Positions 40,896 to 50,134 of a stretch of 53,532 nucleotides of DNA are shown here, piece after piece (position 1 is the first letter of the stretch; each line of letters opens with the position of its first letter). Source of the stretch: an uncultured Coriobacteriaceae bacterium (GTDB lineage: Bacteria; Actinomycetota; Coriobacteriia; Coriobacteriales; Atopobiaceae). The notes under the pieces were generated by a model. It was given only the letters and a program-made list of their open reading frames with translations. It searched no databases and was not told the origin of the DNA. The position numbers were made by a program, and so were the translations under genes. The stretch spans positions 1 through 53,532 of the forward strand of contig UWSJ01000001.1 of assembly GCA_900549525.1 (NCBI GenBank), written 5' to 3'.

Positions 40896-42986
40896 ATGAC
40901 AGGGACGAAGGACTTTCTGCTCGAGATCGGCACGGAGGAGATGCCCTCCGCGCCGCTGAACAACGCCGTCAAGCAGCTTGGCAAGCTCGTCTCGGGCGGA
41001 CTCAAGGACGCCGGGCTTGCCCACGGCGACATCCGCGTCGTCTCGAGCCCGCGTCGCCTCGCGGTGCTCGTCGACACGCTTGCCACGGCAACCGACGAGG
41101 TTCACGAGGTCAAGCGCGGGCCTGCCGCCAAGATCGCCTTCGACGCCGTCGGCAACCCCACCAAGGCTGCCGAGGGATTTGCCCGCAAGAACGGCGTGAG
41201 CGCCGCCGAGCTCGTCCGGCGTGAGGACACCGACGGCCGCGAGTACGTGTTTGCCGAGCGCAACGTCGCCTCCAAGCCCGCCGCGCCGATTCTCACCGCG
41301 CTTGCCGAGCACGTCATCTCCTCGCTGGAGTGGCCCAACTACCGCAGCCAGCGCTGGGGTTCCACGCACGAGACGTTCGTGCGCCCCATCCGCTGGATCT
41401 GCTGCCTGCTTGGGGAGGAGGTCGTGCCCGTCACCTACGCCGGCGTCGCGAGCTCCAACGTCACGCGCGGCCACCGCGTCCTGGGCGCCGGCGAGCACGT
41501 CGTCGCCGACCCCGCCTCCTACGTGCAGGTGCTCGAGGCCGCCCACGTGCTTCCCGCCGAGCGTCGCGTCGAGGTCATACGCGAGGGCATCGCCAAGGTC
41601 GAGGCCGAGCTTGGCGTGCGCGTGGACACTCCCAAGAAGGTCTTCGACGAGGTGGTGAACCTGTGCGAGTGGCCGACGGTCCTCGTGGGTCACTTCGACG
41701 AGGAGTTCCTCGCCGTCCCCAACGAGATCATCTGTGACTCGATGCTCTCCAACCAGCGCTACTTCCCGACCTACGACAAGGACGGGAAGCTCACGCGTGC
41801 CTTCGTCGTGGTCTCCAACGCCGACCCCGCTGTCTCCGAGACGGTCGTCGACGGCAACGAGCGCGTGGTGCGCGCCCGTCTCGATGACGCGAAGTTCTTC
41901 TTCGAGGAGGACCTCAAGGAGCCGCTCGAGGCCTATCTGCCCAAGCTCGCCAAGGTCACCTTCCAGGAGAAGCTCGGCACGGTGCTCCAGAAGTCTGAGC
42001 GCATGGAGGTCGTGGCGCCGGTCGTCGCGGCCGAGCTCGGCCTCGACGAGGGCCGTGCGGCGATGGCCGCACGTGCGGCCAAGCTCGCCAAGGCCGACCT
42101 CGTGACCCAGGCGGTCGTTGAGTTCACGAGCCAGCAGGGCGTCATGGGCGGCTACTACGCCAAGGCAGCGGGCGAGCCCGACGAGGTGGCCGAGGCCATT
42201 CGCGACCAGTATCGTCCCCGCTTCGCCGGTGACGGGATTCCCGCGGGGCTCGTGGGCGTGTCCGTCGCCGTGGCCGACAAGATCGACACCATCTGCGGAA
42301 TGTTTGCCATCAAGCAGCCGCCCACCGGCTCCTCCGACCCCTTCGCCGTGCGCAGGAGCGCCATCGGCGTCGTCGCCATGCTGAGGGGCTCGCGCTCCGC
42401 ACGGCTTGAGCCGATCGTCGACGCCTCGCTGAAGGCCTACGAAGCGCAGGGCCTCGAGTTCGACCTCGCCGAGACGCGCACCGCCGTCCTCGACTTCTTC
42501 TCCGGTCGTCTCGCTGCAATCGCCCGAGACGAGAGGGTGGCTCCCGACACCATCGAGGCCGTCGCGGCCGCTGGCGTCGTCGACCCCGCCGAGTTCTTCC
42601 TCCGGGCCCAGGCCCTCGAGGCCGCCCGCGCGGGCTCGGCTGAGCTCTTCGAGGACCTTGCGACCGCCTTCGCCCGGGCCGCGCACCTTGCCAAGCCCGA
42701 GCTTGGGTCCGACGTGGACGAGAGCCTGCTCGGCGATGCCGAGCGCAGCCTGCTTGCGGCGGTCGACACGGCGTCGTCCGAGGTCGAGTCGCTGCTTGGG
42801 AGCGGTGACTACGAGGGGGCGCTCGCTTCGCTTGCCGCGCTTCGCGAGCCCATCGACCGGTTCTTCGTCGACGTCATGGTGATGGACGAGGACGAGCGCT
42901 TGCGTGACAACCGCCTGCGCCTGCTCAACCGCTTCACGGGTGTCTTCCGCGGTGTCGCCGACTTTGGGGCGCTGGCGAAGAAATAG
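40896..42986 (+). CDS. glyS: Glycine-tRNA ligase beta subunit
   Basis: LLEIGTEEMP, FVRPIRW, RARLDDAKFF, TGSSDPFAVRR, NRL.LL. Confidence 0.97.
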   Translation: MTGTKDFLLEIGTEEMPSAPLNNAVKQLGKLVSGGLKDAGLAHGDIRVVSSPRRLAVLVDTLATATDEVHEVKRGPAAKIAFDAVGNPTKAAEGFARKNGVSAAELVRREDTDGREYVFAERNVASKPAAPILTALAEHVISSLEWPNYRSQRWGSTHETFVRPIRWICCLLGEEVVPVTYAGVASSNVTRGHRVLGAGEHVVADPASYVQVLEAAHVLPAERRVEVIREGIAKVEAELGVRVDTPKKVFDEVVNLCEWPTVLVGHFDEEFLAVPNEIICDSMLSNQRYFPTYDKDGKLTRAFVVVSNADPAVSETVVDGNERVVRARLDDAKFFFEEDLKEPLEAYLPKLAKVTFQEKLGTVLQKSERMEVVAPVVAAELGLDEGRAAMAARAAKLAKADLVTQAVVEFTSQQGVMGGYYAKAAGEPDEVAEAIRDQYRPRFAGDGIPAGLVGVSVAVADKIDTICGMFAIKQPPTGSSDPFAVRRSAIGVVAMLRGSRSARLEPIVDASLKAYEAQGLEFDLAETRTAVLDFFSGRLAAIARDERVAPDTIEAVAAAGVVDPAEFFLRAQALEAARAGSAELFEDLATAFARAAHLAKPELGSDVDESLLGDAERSLLAAVDTASSEVESLLGSGDYEGALASLAALREPIDRFFVDVMVMDEDERLRDNRLRLLNRFTGVFRGVADFGALAKK

Positions 42987-43004
42987 CGTTTGCCGCGTTG
43001 GATG

Positions 43005-43038
43005 ACGGGGCGGGTCGGAGTGTCAACCCGCCCCGTTT
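43005..43038 (+). terminator. Probable terminator hairpin after glyS
   Basis: ACGGGGCGGGT/ACCCGCCCCGT 11-bp stem, short T tract. Confidence 0.6.
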
Positions 43039-43118
43039 GCATACGGCCCCACCCCACTGGCGGGCCGTAAGAAGTACTATGACTCTGCTCGGAAGACATG
43101 TGGTAAGGGAGGGAACCC

Positions 43119-43967
43119 GTGAAGGTAACGTACGACCAGCTTGGCGAGGTGGCCCAGGAGGATGCCGCCGTCGTCTATGTCATTTCTGACTCGCTTGGCG
43201 ACTCCGCTCTTAATGTCGTCCTTGCCGCCGCCGCCCAGTTCCAGGAGGGTTCGGTGCGCATCGTCCGACTTGCCCAGATCGTCGACGTGGAGTGTGTGGG
43301 CGACTACTTTGACAAACACGAGGGAGACATCGTCTCGACGGCCGTCTTCCACTCGATCGTCAACCCCGACCTCAGGAAGGCCGTCAAGGCCAACCTGAAC
43401 GCTCGTGGCATCATGTCCGTCGACATCCTTGGGCCGGTTGTCCAGCTCCTCGCCGGGCTTACGGGCCAGCGTCCCAAGAACCTCGCGTCGGCCCACCACT
43501 CGATCGACTCGCGCTACCTCAAGCGCGTGAACGCCATGGAGTTCTTCATCAACCACGACGACGGCAAGAACCCCCAGGACCTTCCGAAGGCCGACGTGGT
43601 GCTCGTGGGCCTTACGGGCTCCGCCAAGACGCCGCTCGCGATGCACCTGTCGTTTCTCGGCTACAACGTCGCGAGCATCTCGCTCGATGCGGTCGACGCG
43701 ATTCCAGCCGAGCTCTCGAAGGTCGACCCGTCCCGCGTCTTCGGTCTCGTGAGCACGTCCGACGTCCTCGCCCGCAGCCGCAAGCGCCAGCTCGAGAACG
43801 GCGCCCCCGCCTCCGAGGCCGCCACGGTCGACCTTGCGCGCATCGAGGAGGAGCAGTTTGCGGCGACCCAGGCAATGGAGCGCCTGGGCTGCGTGAAGCT
43901 CAACGTCGACGGCAAGACCGTCGAAGAGCTTGCGGCCGACGTCCTCTCGATGATCGAGTCCGCGTAA
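43119..43967 (+). CDS. Kinase/pyrophosphorylase (PDRP/PSRP, DUF299/YqfL family), divergent motifs
   Basis: VISDS.G..A, AQF, R..AMEF...HDDG, ADVVLVG....KTP, K.VEE.A; downstream of glyQS. Confidence 0.85.
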   Translation: MKVTYDQLGEVAQEDAAVVYVISDSLGDSALNVVLAAAAQFQEGSVRIVRLAQIVDVECVGDYFDKHEGDIVSTAVFHSIVNPDLRKAVKANLNARGIMSVDILGPVVQLLAGLTGQRPKNLASAHHSIDSRYLKRVNAMEFFINHDDGKNPQDLPKADVVLVGLTGSAKTPLAMHLSFLGYNVASISLDAVDAIPAELSKVDPSRVFGLVSTSDVLARSRKRQLENGAPASEAATVDLARIEEEQFAATQAMERLGCVKLNVDGKTVEELAADVLSMIESA

Positions 43968-43996
43968 GGCTGCGCCACGTCAGAGTGACCGCTGAC

Positions 43997-44036
43997 GAAG
44001 GCGGCCCGATTCCCCTCGGGGCTTCGGGCCGCCTTT
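43997..44036. terminator. Hairpin between convergent PDRP gene and yhbY (possible bidirectional terminator)
   Basis: AAGGCGGCCCGA/TCGGGCCGCCTT 12-bp stem. Confidence 0.65.
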
Positions 44037-44059
44037 GCGTCTGGTATGGGTCTTGCGCG

Positions 44060-44359
44060 CTAGGGGAGCTGGATGTGTTCGATGCCGGGCTTCTCGCTCC
44101 TGCGATAGAGCGAGAACTTGTGCCCGATCACCTGCACGACGTCGGCACTCGCCTGTTCCGCGAGCTCGTGGGCGACCTCGTCGGCGGAGGACAGGCACCC
44201 GTCCTGCACGCCGCACTTGATGAGCTCGCGCGCCTCGAGCGCCGCGTTTGCCTGCGACACCACGTTTGAGTTGACGCCAGACTTGCCGACGAGGACCACG
44301 GGGTCGAGGTGGTGGGCGAGGCTGCGGAGATGACGGACCTGCTTGCCGGTGAGTGCCAT
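44060..44359 (-). CDS. yhbY: CRM-domain RNA-binding protein YhbY
   Basis: LTGKQ..HLRSLAHHL.P...VGK.G, ELIK, VQVIG....LYR. Confidence 0.93.
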   Translation of the reverse strand: MALTGKQVRHLRSLAHHLDPVVLVGKSGVNSNVVSQANAALEARELIKCGVQDGCLSSADEVAHELAEQASADVVQVIGHKFSLYRRSEKPGIEHIQLP

Positions 44360-44492
44360 ATGATTCTCTTTCTCGGGTTTGATAACGACGTCGTGAGCCT
44401 TCACCCATGACGGCCCGCCGAAGTTGCCTTGGGAGCGGCAGACGACCGGGCAGATAGCAGTATAGAGAATAGCCGCGATGCGCGGCTTTTGC

Positions 44493-44521
44493 TTGCGGCA
44501 CCACGGGTGAGTCGATATACT
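44493..44521 (+). promoter_or_regulatory. Sigma70-type promoter of rplS
   Basis: TTGCGG-17 nt-TATACT; a divergent TATACT for yhbY lies at 44459-44464 on the minus strand. Confidence 0.65.
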
Positions 44522-44595
44522 GCTCCCTCGTGTGCAAGCTCCACGTACCGTTCGCGCTGCGTCGGGACCTCTGGACAGAGAGACAAGGAAAAGGC

Positions 44596-44940
44596 ATGGA
44601 CTACATTCGCGCAATCGAGCGTCAGCAGATCCGTGAGGACATCCCCACGGTCATTCCTGGCGATCACGTCAAGGTGCACTACCGCATCAAGGAGGGCGAC
44701 CGCGAGCGCATCCAGGTCTTCGAGGGTGACGTCATCCGCATGAGCGGCGGCTCCTCCCGCGAGACCTTCACCGTTCGCAAGATCTCCTTCGGCGTCGGCG
44801 TCGAGCGCACCTTCCCGCTTCACTCGCCCAAGATCGGCAAGCTCGAGGTCGTGCGTCACGGTGACGTCCGTCGCGCCAAGCTCTTCTACCTCCGCGACCG
44901 CGTGGGCAAGGCTGCTCGCATCCGCGAGAAGCGCGACTAG
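44596..44940 (+). CDS. rplS: 50S ribosomal protein L19
   Basis: [37 protein letters not shown]. Confidence 0.98.
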   Translation: MDYIRAIERQQIREDIPTVIPGDHVKVHYRIKEGDRERIQVFEGDVIRMSGGSSRETFTVRKISFGVGVERTFPLHSPKIGKLEVVRHGDVRRAKLFYLRDRVGKAARIREKRD

Positions 44941-44959
44941 GTTTACCCATAGTCATGCA

Positions 44960-44992
44960 GGGGAGCCGTCCCGTGGGGGGCGGCTCCTTTTT
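44960..44992 (+). terminator. Intrinsic terminator after rplS
   Basis: GGAGCCGTCCC/GGGGCGGCTCC stem followed by TTTTT. Confidence 0.85.
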
Positions 44993-45015
44993 CATGTCGA
45001 GACCACGGAGGAACG

Positions 45016-45807
45016 ATGGCTCCCACGACCCCTCATCCCGCAACGGCTCGGGAGATCCAGGCGACGCTCGCCGACGCCGGCGAGCGTGAGTTCGAAGAGC
45101 TCAAGGCACGTTACGCAGATGACCCGAGAACCCAGGTCAGGCGTGCCGTTGCCGTAGCCGGCAGGAGGCTCGAGCGCGAGCGAGCGGAGCGGGAGCGCGT
45201 GCAGGGGATGTATACCCTCATGCGCGAGCTCGGGGGAGCGGGCGTCGTGATTGGGCTTGACGAGGTGGGGAGGGGCTCGGTCGCGGGCCCGCTTACGGTT
45301 TGCGCCGTCGTCCTTCCCGACGAGCCGGTCGTCTGGGGCATCAACGACTCGAAGCAACTCTCGCCGCAGAGGAGAAGCGAGCTTGCCGCGAAGATTCGGG
45401 GCGTGGCGCTCGGCCTCGGCATCTGTCACATCCCACCCGAGCGCATCGACGAGGTGGGGATGGCGCGGGCCCTGCGTGAGGCGATGCTCGGGGCCATTGA
45501 CGACTCGGGAGTCGCGCCGGACGCCGTCCTCATCGACGGCAACCCGCTTCACGTCCATCCGCTTGAGCGAACGATCGTGAAGGGCGACGCCAAGGTCGCC
45601 TGCATCGCCGCCGCCAGCATCGTGGCCAAGGTCACCCGAGACGCCCTCATGGTCGAGCTCGACCAGGCCTATCCCGGATATCACCTGGCGGAGTCAAAGG
45701 GCTACGCCTCGCCCGAGCACATCGCCGCCATTCGGGAGCGCGGCCTCTCGCCCGTGCACCGCGCGTCGTTTTGCCAGAACTTTTTGGAGACGGAGCGGCT
45801 CTTCTAG
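45016..45807 (+). CDS. rnhB: Ribonuclease HII
   Basis: GLDEVGRG..AGP, DSK, IDG, KGD....IAAASIVAKV.RD, KGY, HR.SF. Confidence 0.96.
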   Translation: MAPTTPHPATAREIQATLADAGEREFEELKARYADDPRTQVRRAVAVAGRRLERERAERERVQGMYTLMRELGGAGVVIGLDEVGRGSVAGPLTVCAVVLPDEPVVWGINDSKQLSPQRRSELAAKIRGVALGLGICHIPPERIDEVGMARALREAMLGAIDDSGVAPDAVLIDGNPLHVHPLERTIVKGDAKVACIAAASIVAKVTRDALMVELDQAYPGYHLAESKGYASPEHIAAIRERGLSPVHRASFCQNFLETERLF

Positions 45808-45814
45808 CTGCGGC

Positions 45815-45868
45815 GTCAGATTCGTGTCTGCGCGCGGTCAGACCTTTGTCAGACCGGTTCCTCACGAT
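45815..45868 (+). promoter_or_regulatory. 11-bp-phased direct repeats upstream of yraN-comM-dprA (candidate regulator site)
   Basis: GTCAGA 45815, GTCTGC 45826, GTCAGACC 45837, GTCAGACC 45848; weak -10-like CACGAT at 45863. Confidence 0.5.
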
Positions 45869-45900
45869 GTCCCCACGAACTGCGGACACGAGGAGGAGCC

Positions 45901-46293
45901 ATGGACGGCCACGTTGACGTGACCACGCTTACGTCTGCCGAGGTGGGAAGGCTCGGCGAGCAGCTCTGCGCCAACTTTCTCGAGCGCAGGGGGCTGGAGG
46001 TGGTCGAGCGCAACTGGGTCTGTCCCGCAGGCGAGGCGGATGTCATTGCCAACGACGACGGCACCTGCGTGCTTGTGGAGGTCAAGACGAGGGTTGACCT
46101 CGGGGGTCACGTTCTCCCCGAGCTTGCCGTCGACGACGCGAAGCGATCCCGCTACGAGCGGATCGCCCGCGTCTACCTCTCCACCCACGACTACGTGGAG
46201 AACGTGCGATTTGACGTCGCGGGCGTGACGCTCACGCCAGACCACGTGGCTCACCTGCACTACATCTCGGGCGTATGGCTCGGTGATGCCTGA
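45901..46293 (+). CDS. yraN: YraN-family putative endonuclease
   Basis: G..GE.....L, RNW.C..GE.D.IA, VEVKTR, RFDV. Confidence 0.92.
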   Translation: MDGHVDVTTLTSAEVGRLGEQLCANFLERRGLEVVERNWVCPAGEADVIANDDGTCVLVEVKTRVDLGGHVLPELAVDDAKRSRYERIARVYLSTHDYVENVRFDVAGVTLTPDHVAHLHYISGVWLGDA

Positions 46294-47822
46294 TGGCCAC
46301 CTTCTCCGTTCACGCCGCGACGCTCATCGGCATGGAGGCCGTGCCCGTCACCGTCGAGGTGGAGCTCTCGGGCGGCATTCCCGGCATGACCATCGTCGGC
46401 ATGCCCGACTCCGCGGTGCTCGAAGCCCGCTCGAGGATACGCTGCGCCCTCAGAAGCTGCGGCTTCGAGATACCTCGTCTGCACGCAACCGTTAACCTCG
46501 CCCCCAGCGACCTCAGGAAGTCCGGCACGGGCTTCGACCTGCCCATTGCCGTCGCCCTCCTCGCCGCTGGCGGCCAGATTCCCGCAGCGGGGCTCGACGG
46601 GCTGCTGTTCGTGGGGGAGCTCGGGCTCGACGGGGAGACCTGCCCGGTACGCGGGGCCATGGCCTACGCGCTGCTCGCACGCCAGTCGGGACTCGTGCTC
46701 GTGGGGGCGTCCTCGTTCGTGCGCGAGGCGCGCGACGCCGACGTCTCGGGCTCCCGGCACGCGATGCTCTCGACGCTGTCAGGGCTCAGGCTGGGGGAAC
46801 GGGGGCTCAAAGAGCCCGGCGAGCACGAGGCCCAGGCGCACGAGCCGCACGAGGGCGATCTCGACTACGCGGACGTGGTCGACCAGGAACTCCCCAAGCG
46901 CGCGCTCGTCGTTGCGGCGGCGGGCGGGCATGGCCTGTTCATGGTGGGTCCGCCCGGATCGGGCAAAACCATGCTCGCCCGCAGGCTTCCCTCGATCCTT
47001 CCCGCCCTCGATGACGACGAACGTGTCGAGACGATGCTGCTCCACTCCGTCTGCTCGCTTCCCCTTGACGGCCTGGCGCGCGGGGAGCGGCCCTTTCGCT
47101 CGCCCCATCACTCGGTCTCGGCTGCTGGCCTCGTCGGGGGAGGGCGCCCGGTCAAGCCCGGGGAGGCCTCCCTTGCCCATAACGGCGTTCTCTTCCTTGA
47201 CGAGATGCCCGAGTTTGCCCCGTCGGTTCTCCAGGCACTCCGTCAGCCCATGGAGGACGGTGAGGTACACCTCGTGAGGGCCGACGCCTCCTTCGTCTTT
47301 CCCTCGAGGTTCCAGCTCGTCGGCGCGGCGAATCCCTGCCCCTGCGGGCACGCCGGCGACCCCTCGCGTCCCTGCCGGTGCTCGCCCCAGGACGTCGTCC
47401 GCTATCAGTCGAGGATAGGGGGAGCCCTGCTCGACCGCATCGACGTGTTCGTGGGGGTGTCGAGGCCCAAGGCCGGTCGCGTCATAGCCGGGGCGAAGGG
47501 GACGTCCTCCGCAGAGATGCGCGAGCGGGTGGCCATGGCGCGGGCGCACGCTGCCTGGAGGCGGTCGAAGTCGGGTCAGGACGACGCTCGTACACTCGGG
47601 CGGGAGGGGGTGTCCGGCATAGGATTCACGCCTGAGGCCGCTTCCGCGCTCGAGCGCATGTCGATGCGGCTTGCCCTTGGCGGGCGTGCCATCGCCAGGA
47701 CGGCTCGTGTTGCACGCACGATCGCCGACCTCGACGAGCGTGCCGAAGTGCGTCCCGCCGACGTGGCGGAGGCGTGCTCGCTTCGGAACCGCTTCGAGGC
47801 GGACGGCGGACGCCATGGCTAG
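46293..47822 (+). CDS. comM: YifB/ComM-family Mg-chelatase-like AAA+ ATPase
   Basis: NLAPSDLRK.G..FDLPIA, GPPGSGKTML, PFRSPHH, SLAHNGVLFLDE, NPCPCG, LDRID. Confidence 0.92.
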   Translation: MATFSVHAATLIGMEAVPVTVEVELSGGIPGMTIVGMPDSAVLEARSRIRCALRSCGFEIPRLHATVNLAPSDLRKSGTGFDLPIAVALLAAGGQIPAAGLDGLLFVGELGLDGETCPVRGAMAYALLARQSGLVLVGASSFVREARDADVSGSRHAMLSTLSGLRLGERGLKEPGEHEAQAHEPHEGDLDYADVVDQELPKRALVVAAAGGHGLFMVGPPGSGKTMLARRLPSILPALDDDERVETMLLHSVCSLPLDGLARGERPFRSPHHSVSAAGLVGGGRPVKPGEASLAHNGVLFLDEMPEFAPSVLQALRQPMEDGEVHLVRADASFVFPSRFQLVGAANPCPCGHAGDPSRPCRCSPQDVVRYQSRIGGALLDRIDVFVGVSRPKAGRVIAGAKGTSSAEMRERVAMARAHAAWRRSKSGQDDARTLGREGVSGIGFTPEAASALERMSMRLALGGRAIARTARVARTIADLDERAEVRPADVAEACSLRNRFEADGGRHG

Positions 47823-48765
47823 CGGGGCGTGGGGCGCTCCTCGCTGGACGGCGCACTACCACCAGCTCGTCACCAAGCTTGCTCCCTGGGAGCTGAGGCG
47901 CGGGCAGGAGGGCTACCCGGAGGCGCTGCTCGACCTCGAGGGAACGGCCCCGACGCTCAGGGGCTACGGGGACGCCTCCCGTCTCCTGGGCCCCTGCATC
48001 TCCATCGTCGGGGCGCGGAAGGCCACCCCCTACGGGCTTGCGTGCGCCCGACTTGCCGGCAGGGCGTGCGCGGAGTGCGGAATAACCGTCGTGTCGGGAG
48101 GCGCTCGCGGCTGCGATTACGAGGCGTCGCGGGCGGCGCTAGACGCGGGTGGCTCGACGGTGGTCATACCAGGCTGCGGGGCCGACCGGCTCTATCCCTC
48201 CTCGAGCGACGACGTGTTCTGCGAGGCAGCGCGCGGACGGGGCTGCGTCGTCTCCATCGAACCGTGGGGGATGGGGCCCATGCGGCACACCTTCGTGAAG
48301 AGGAACGCCGTCATCGCGGCGCTTTCCGGTTCCCTCATCGTCTGCGAGGCCGGACGTCCGTCCGGCACGTTCGGCACTGCCACCAAGGCAGCCGAGCTGG
48401 GGAGGAACGTCTACGCCGTTCCCGGTTCCATCTTCTCGCCGCTCTCGTCGGGGACGAACTGGCTCATCGAGACCGGGGCCTCCGTGCTTGCCGACGAGGC
48501 GGCCCTCGAGCAGCTCCTCTCGCGAGACTATGGGCTGCTGCGCTTGTCGTCGGGCGGGTCGGCGGAGCGCCCCGACGAGCTCACGAGGGCGCTGGCCGCC
48601 AGCCCGATGGGCCCCGACGACGTGGCCGCTCACCTTGGCGTCGGAATATCCGAGGCGCTCGTCACGCTTGCCGAGCTCGAGGCGCTCGGCGTCGTGGAGC
48701 GACTTGTGGACGGACGGTTCACCCTCACGGAGGACGAGCTGCTGGGGCACAATAGGAGGTTGTGA
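47815..48765 (+). CDS. dprA: DNA-processing protein DprA
   Basis: IVGARKATPYG, VSGGARG.D, F..RN.VIA.LS, GR.VYAVPGSI; C-terminal winged helix. Confidence 0.92.
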   Translation: MASGAWGAPRWTAHYHQLVTKLAPWELRRGQEGYPEALLDLEGTAPTLRGYGDASRLLGPCISIVGARKATPYGLACARLAGRACAECGITVVSGGARGCDYEASRAALDAGGSTVVIPGCGADRLYPSSSDDVFCEAARGRGCVVSIEPWGMGPMRHTFVKRNAVIAALSGSLIVCEAGRPSGTFGTATKAAELGRNVYAVPGSIFSPLSSGTNWLIETGASVLADEAALEQLLSRDYGLLRLSSGGSAERPDELTRALAASPMGPDDVAAHLGVGISEALVTLAELEALGVVERLVDGRFTLTEDELLGHNRRL

Positions 48766-48799
48766 CACACGAGGCCGGCGGACGGGAGATGGGAAGCGT

Positions 48800-50131
48800 A
48801 TGGGATCAGGTCAGACGGTCAGCGTGGTCGGGGCGGGTCTTGCGGGCTCGGAGTGCGCGCTGCAGCTTGCGGCGCGGGGTGTCCGCGTGAGGCTCTTCGA
48901 GCAGCGTCCGTCCCACTCGACGGAGGCACACCACACGGACGGTCTTGCCGAGCTCGTCTGCTCCAACTCGCTCAAGGCCGTGCGGGTCGAGTCGGCGGCC
49001 GGGCTGCTCAAAGCCGAGCTCGACCTCATGGGCTCGAGGCTGCTTGCCTGCGCCCGAGAGACGGCTGTCCCCGCTGGCGGCTCGCTCGCCGTTGACCGCG
49101 CTGCGTTTAGTAGCCTCGTAGGCGAGCGGGTTGCCGCAGAGCCGCTCATCGAGCTTGTGCGCGAGGAGGTCACGGCTATCCCCGAGGGCCCCTGCGTGAT
49201 CGCCGCTGGCCCCCTGTGCTCGGACTCGCTTGCCAGCGCGCTTGCCGAGCTCGTCGGTTCGGGGGCGCTCTCGTTCTTTGACGCCGCCGCGCCCATCGTC
49301 GACGCGGATACCCTCGACCGCTCTATCGTCTTCTCCCAGTCTCGCTACGAGGACGACGGCGTGGGCGACTACCTCAACTGCCCCATGGACAAGGACGAGT
49401 ACGAGGCGTTCATCACGGAGCTCGTTGACGCCGATCGCGTCATCGCCAAGGATTTCGAGCAGAGCGACCTGTTCTGCGCCTGCCAGCCCGTCGAGGAGGT
49501 GGCCCGCACTGGCATCGAATCCGCGCGCTTCGGAGCCATGAAGCCCGTTGGTCTCGTCGACCCGCGCACGGGCCGGCGTCCTTGGGCGGTGGTGCAGCTC
49601 CGCCCTGAGAACGCCGACCACTCGGCCTATAACCTCGTGGGCTTCCAGACGAATCTCACCTGGCCTGAGCAGCGCCGCGTGTTTCGCATGATTCCGGGCC
49701 TCGAGAACGCCGACTTCTTCCGCTACGGCGTCATGCACAGGAACTCCTTCGTGGACGCCCCGCGCGTGCTCGACGGCACCTTCGCCGTTCCGGGCACGAG
49801 CGTGCGCCTTGCCGGTCAGATCTGCGGGACGGAGGGCTACACGGAGGCCATCGCATCGGGCCTGCTCGCGGCCCTCAACACGTACGCCAACCTCACGTCG
49901 GCGCCCGCCGTTTCGCTTCCTCGGACGGGCGCCCTGGGGTCGCTCGTTGCCTATGCCACCGACCCGGCGACAAGCCCCTACCAGCCCATGCACGTGAACT
50001 TCGGGATCGTACCGCCCCTCGGCGGCCCCCGGCTCAAGAAGCGCGAGCGCTACGCCGCCTACTCCAGAAGAGCCCTCGACGACCTGCGCTCCTACCTATC
50101 CACGCGTACAGACCTCTTCCCCGAGGCCTAG
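48800..50131 (+). CDS. trmFO: FAD/folate-dependent tRNA m5U54 methyltransferase
   Basis: VGAGLAGSE, AELVCSNS, FFDAAAP, VGFQT, GVMHRN, AGQI.G.EGY. Confidence 0.96.
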   Translation: MGSGQTVSVVGAGLAGSECALQLAARGVRVRLFEQRPSHSTEAHHTDGLAELVCSNSLKAVRVESAAGLLKAELDLMGSRLLACARETAVPAGGSLAVDRAAFSSLVGERVAAEPLIELVREEVTAIPEGPCVIAAGPLCSDSLASALAELVGSGALSFFDAAAPIVDADTLDRSIVFSQSRYEDDGVGDYLNCPMDKDEYEAFITELVDADRVIAKDFEQSDLFCACQPVEEVARTGIESARFGAMKPVGLVDPRTGRRPWAVVQLRPENADHSAYNLVGFQTNLTWPEQRRVFRMIPGLENADFFRYGVMHRNSFVDAPRVLDGTFAVPGTSVRLAGQICGTEGYTEAIASGLLAALNTYANLTSAPAVSLPRTGALGSLVAYATDPATSPYQPMHVNFGIVPPLGGPRLKKRERYAAYSRRALDDLRSYLSTRTDLFPEA

Positions 50132-50134
50132 CCC

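Noticed and set aside
40530..42686. Long antisense ORFs (718 aa here; also 21673-23604, 23144-24994, 13751-15598 and others)
   Set aside because: Shadow frames of well-supported genes in high-GC DNA; no recognisable motifs
48765..48800. topA absent between dprA and trmFO
   Set aside because: Ordinary synteny variation; no remnant visible in the 34-nt gap
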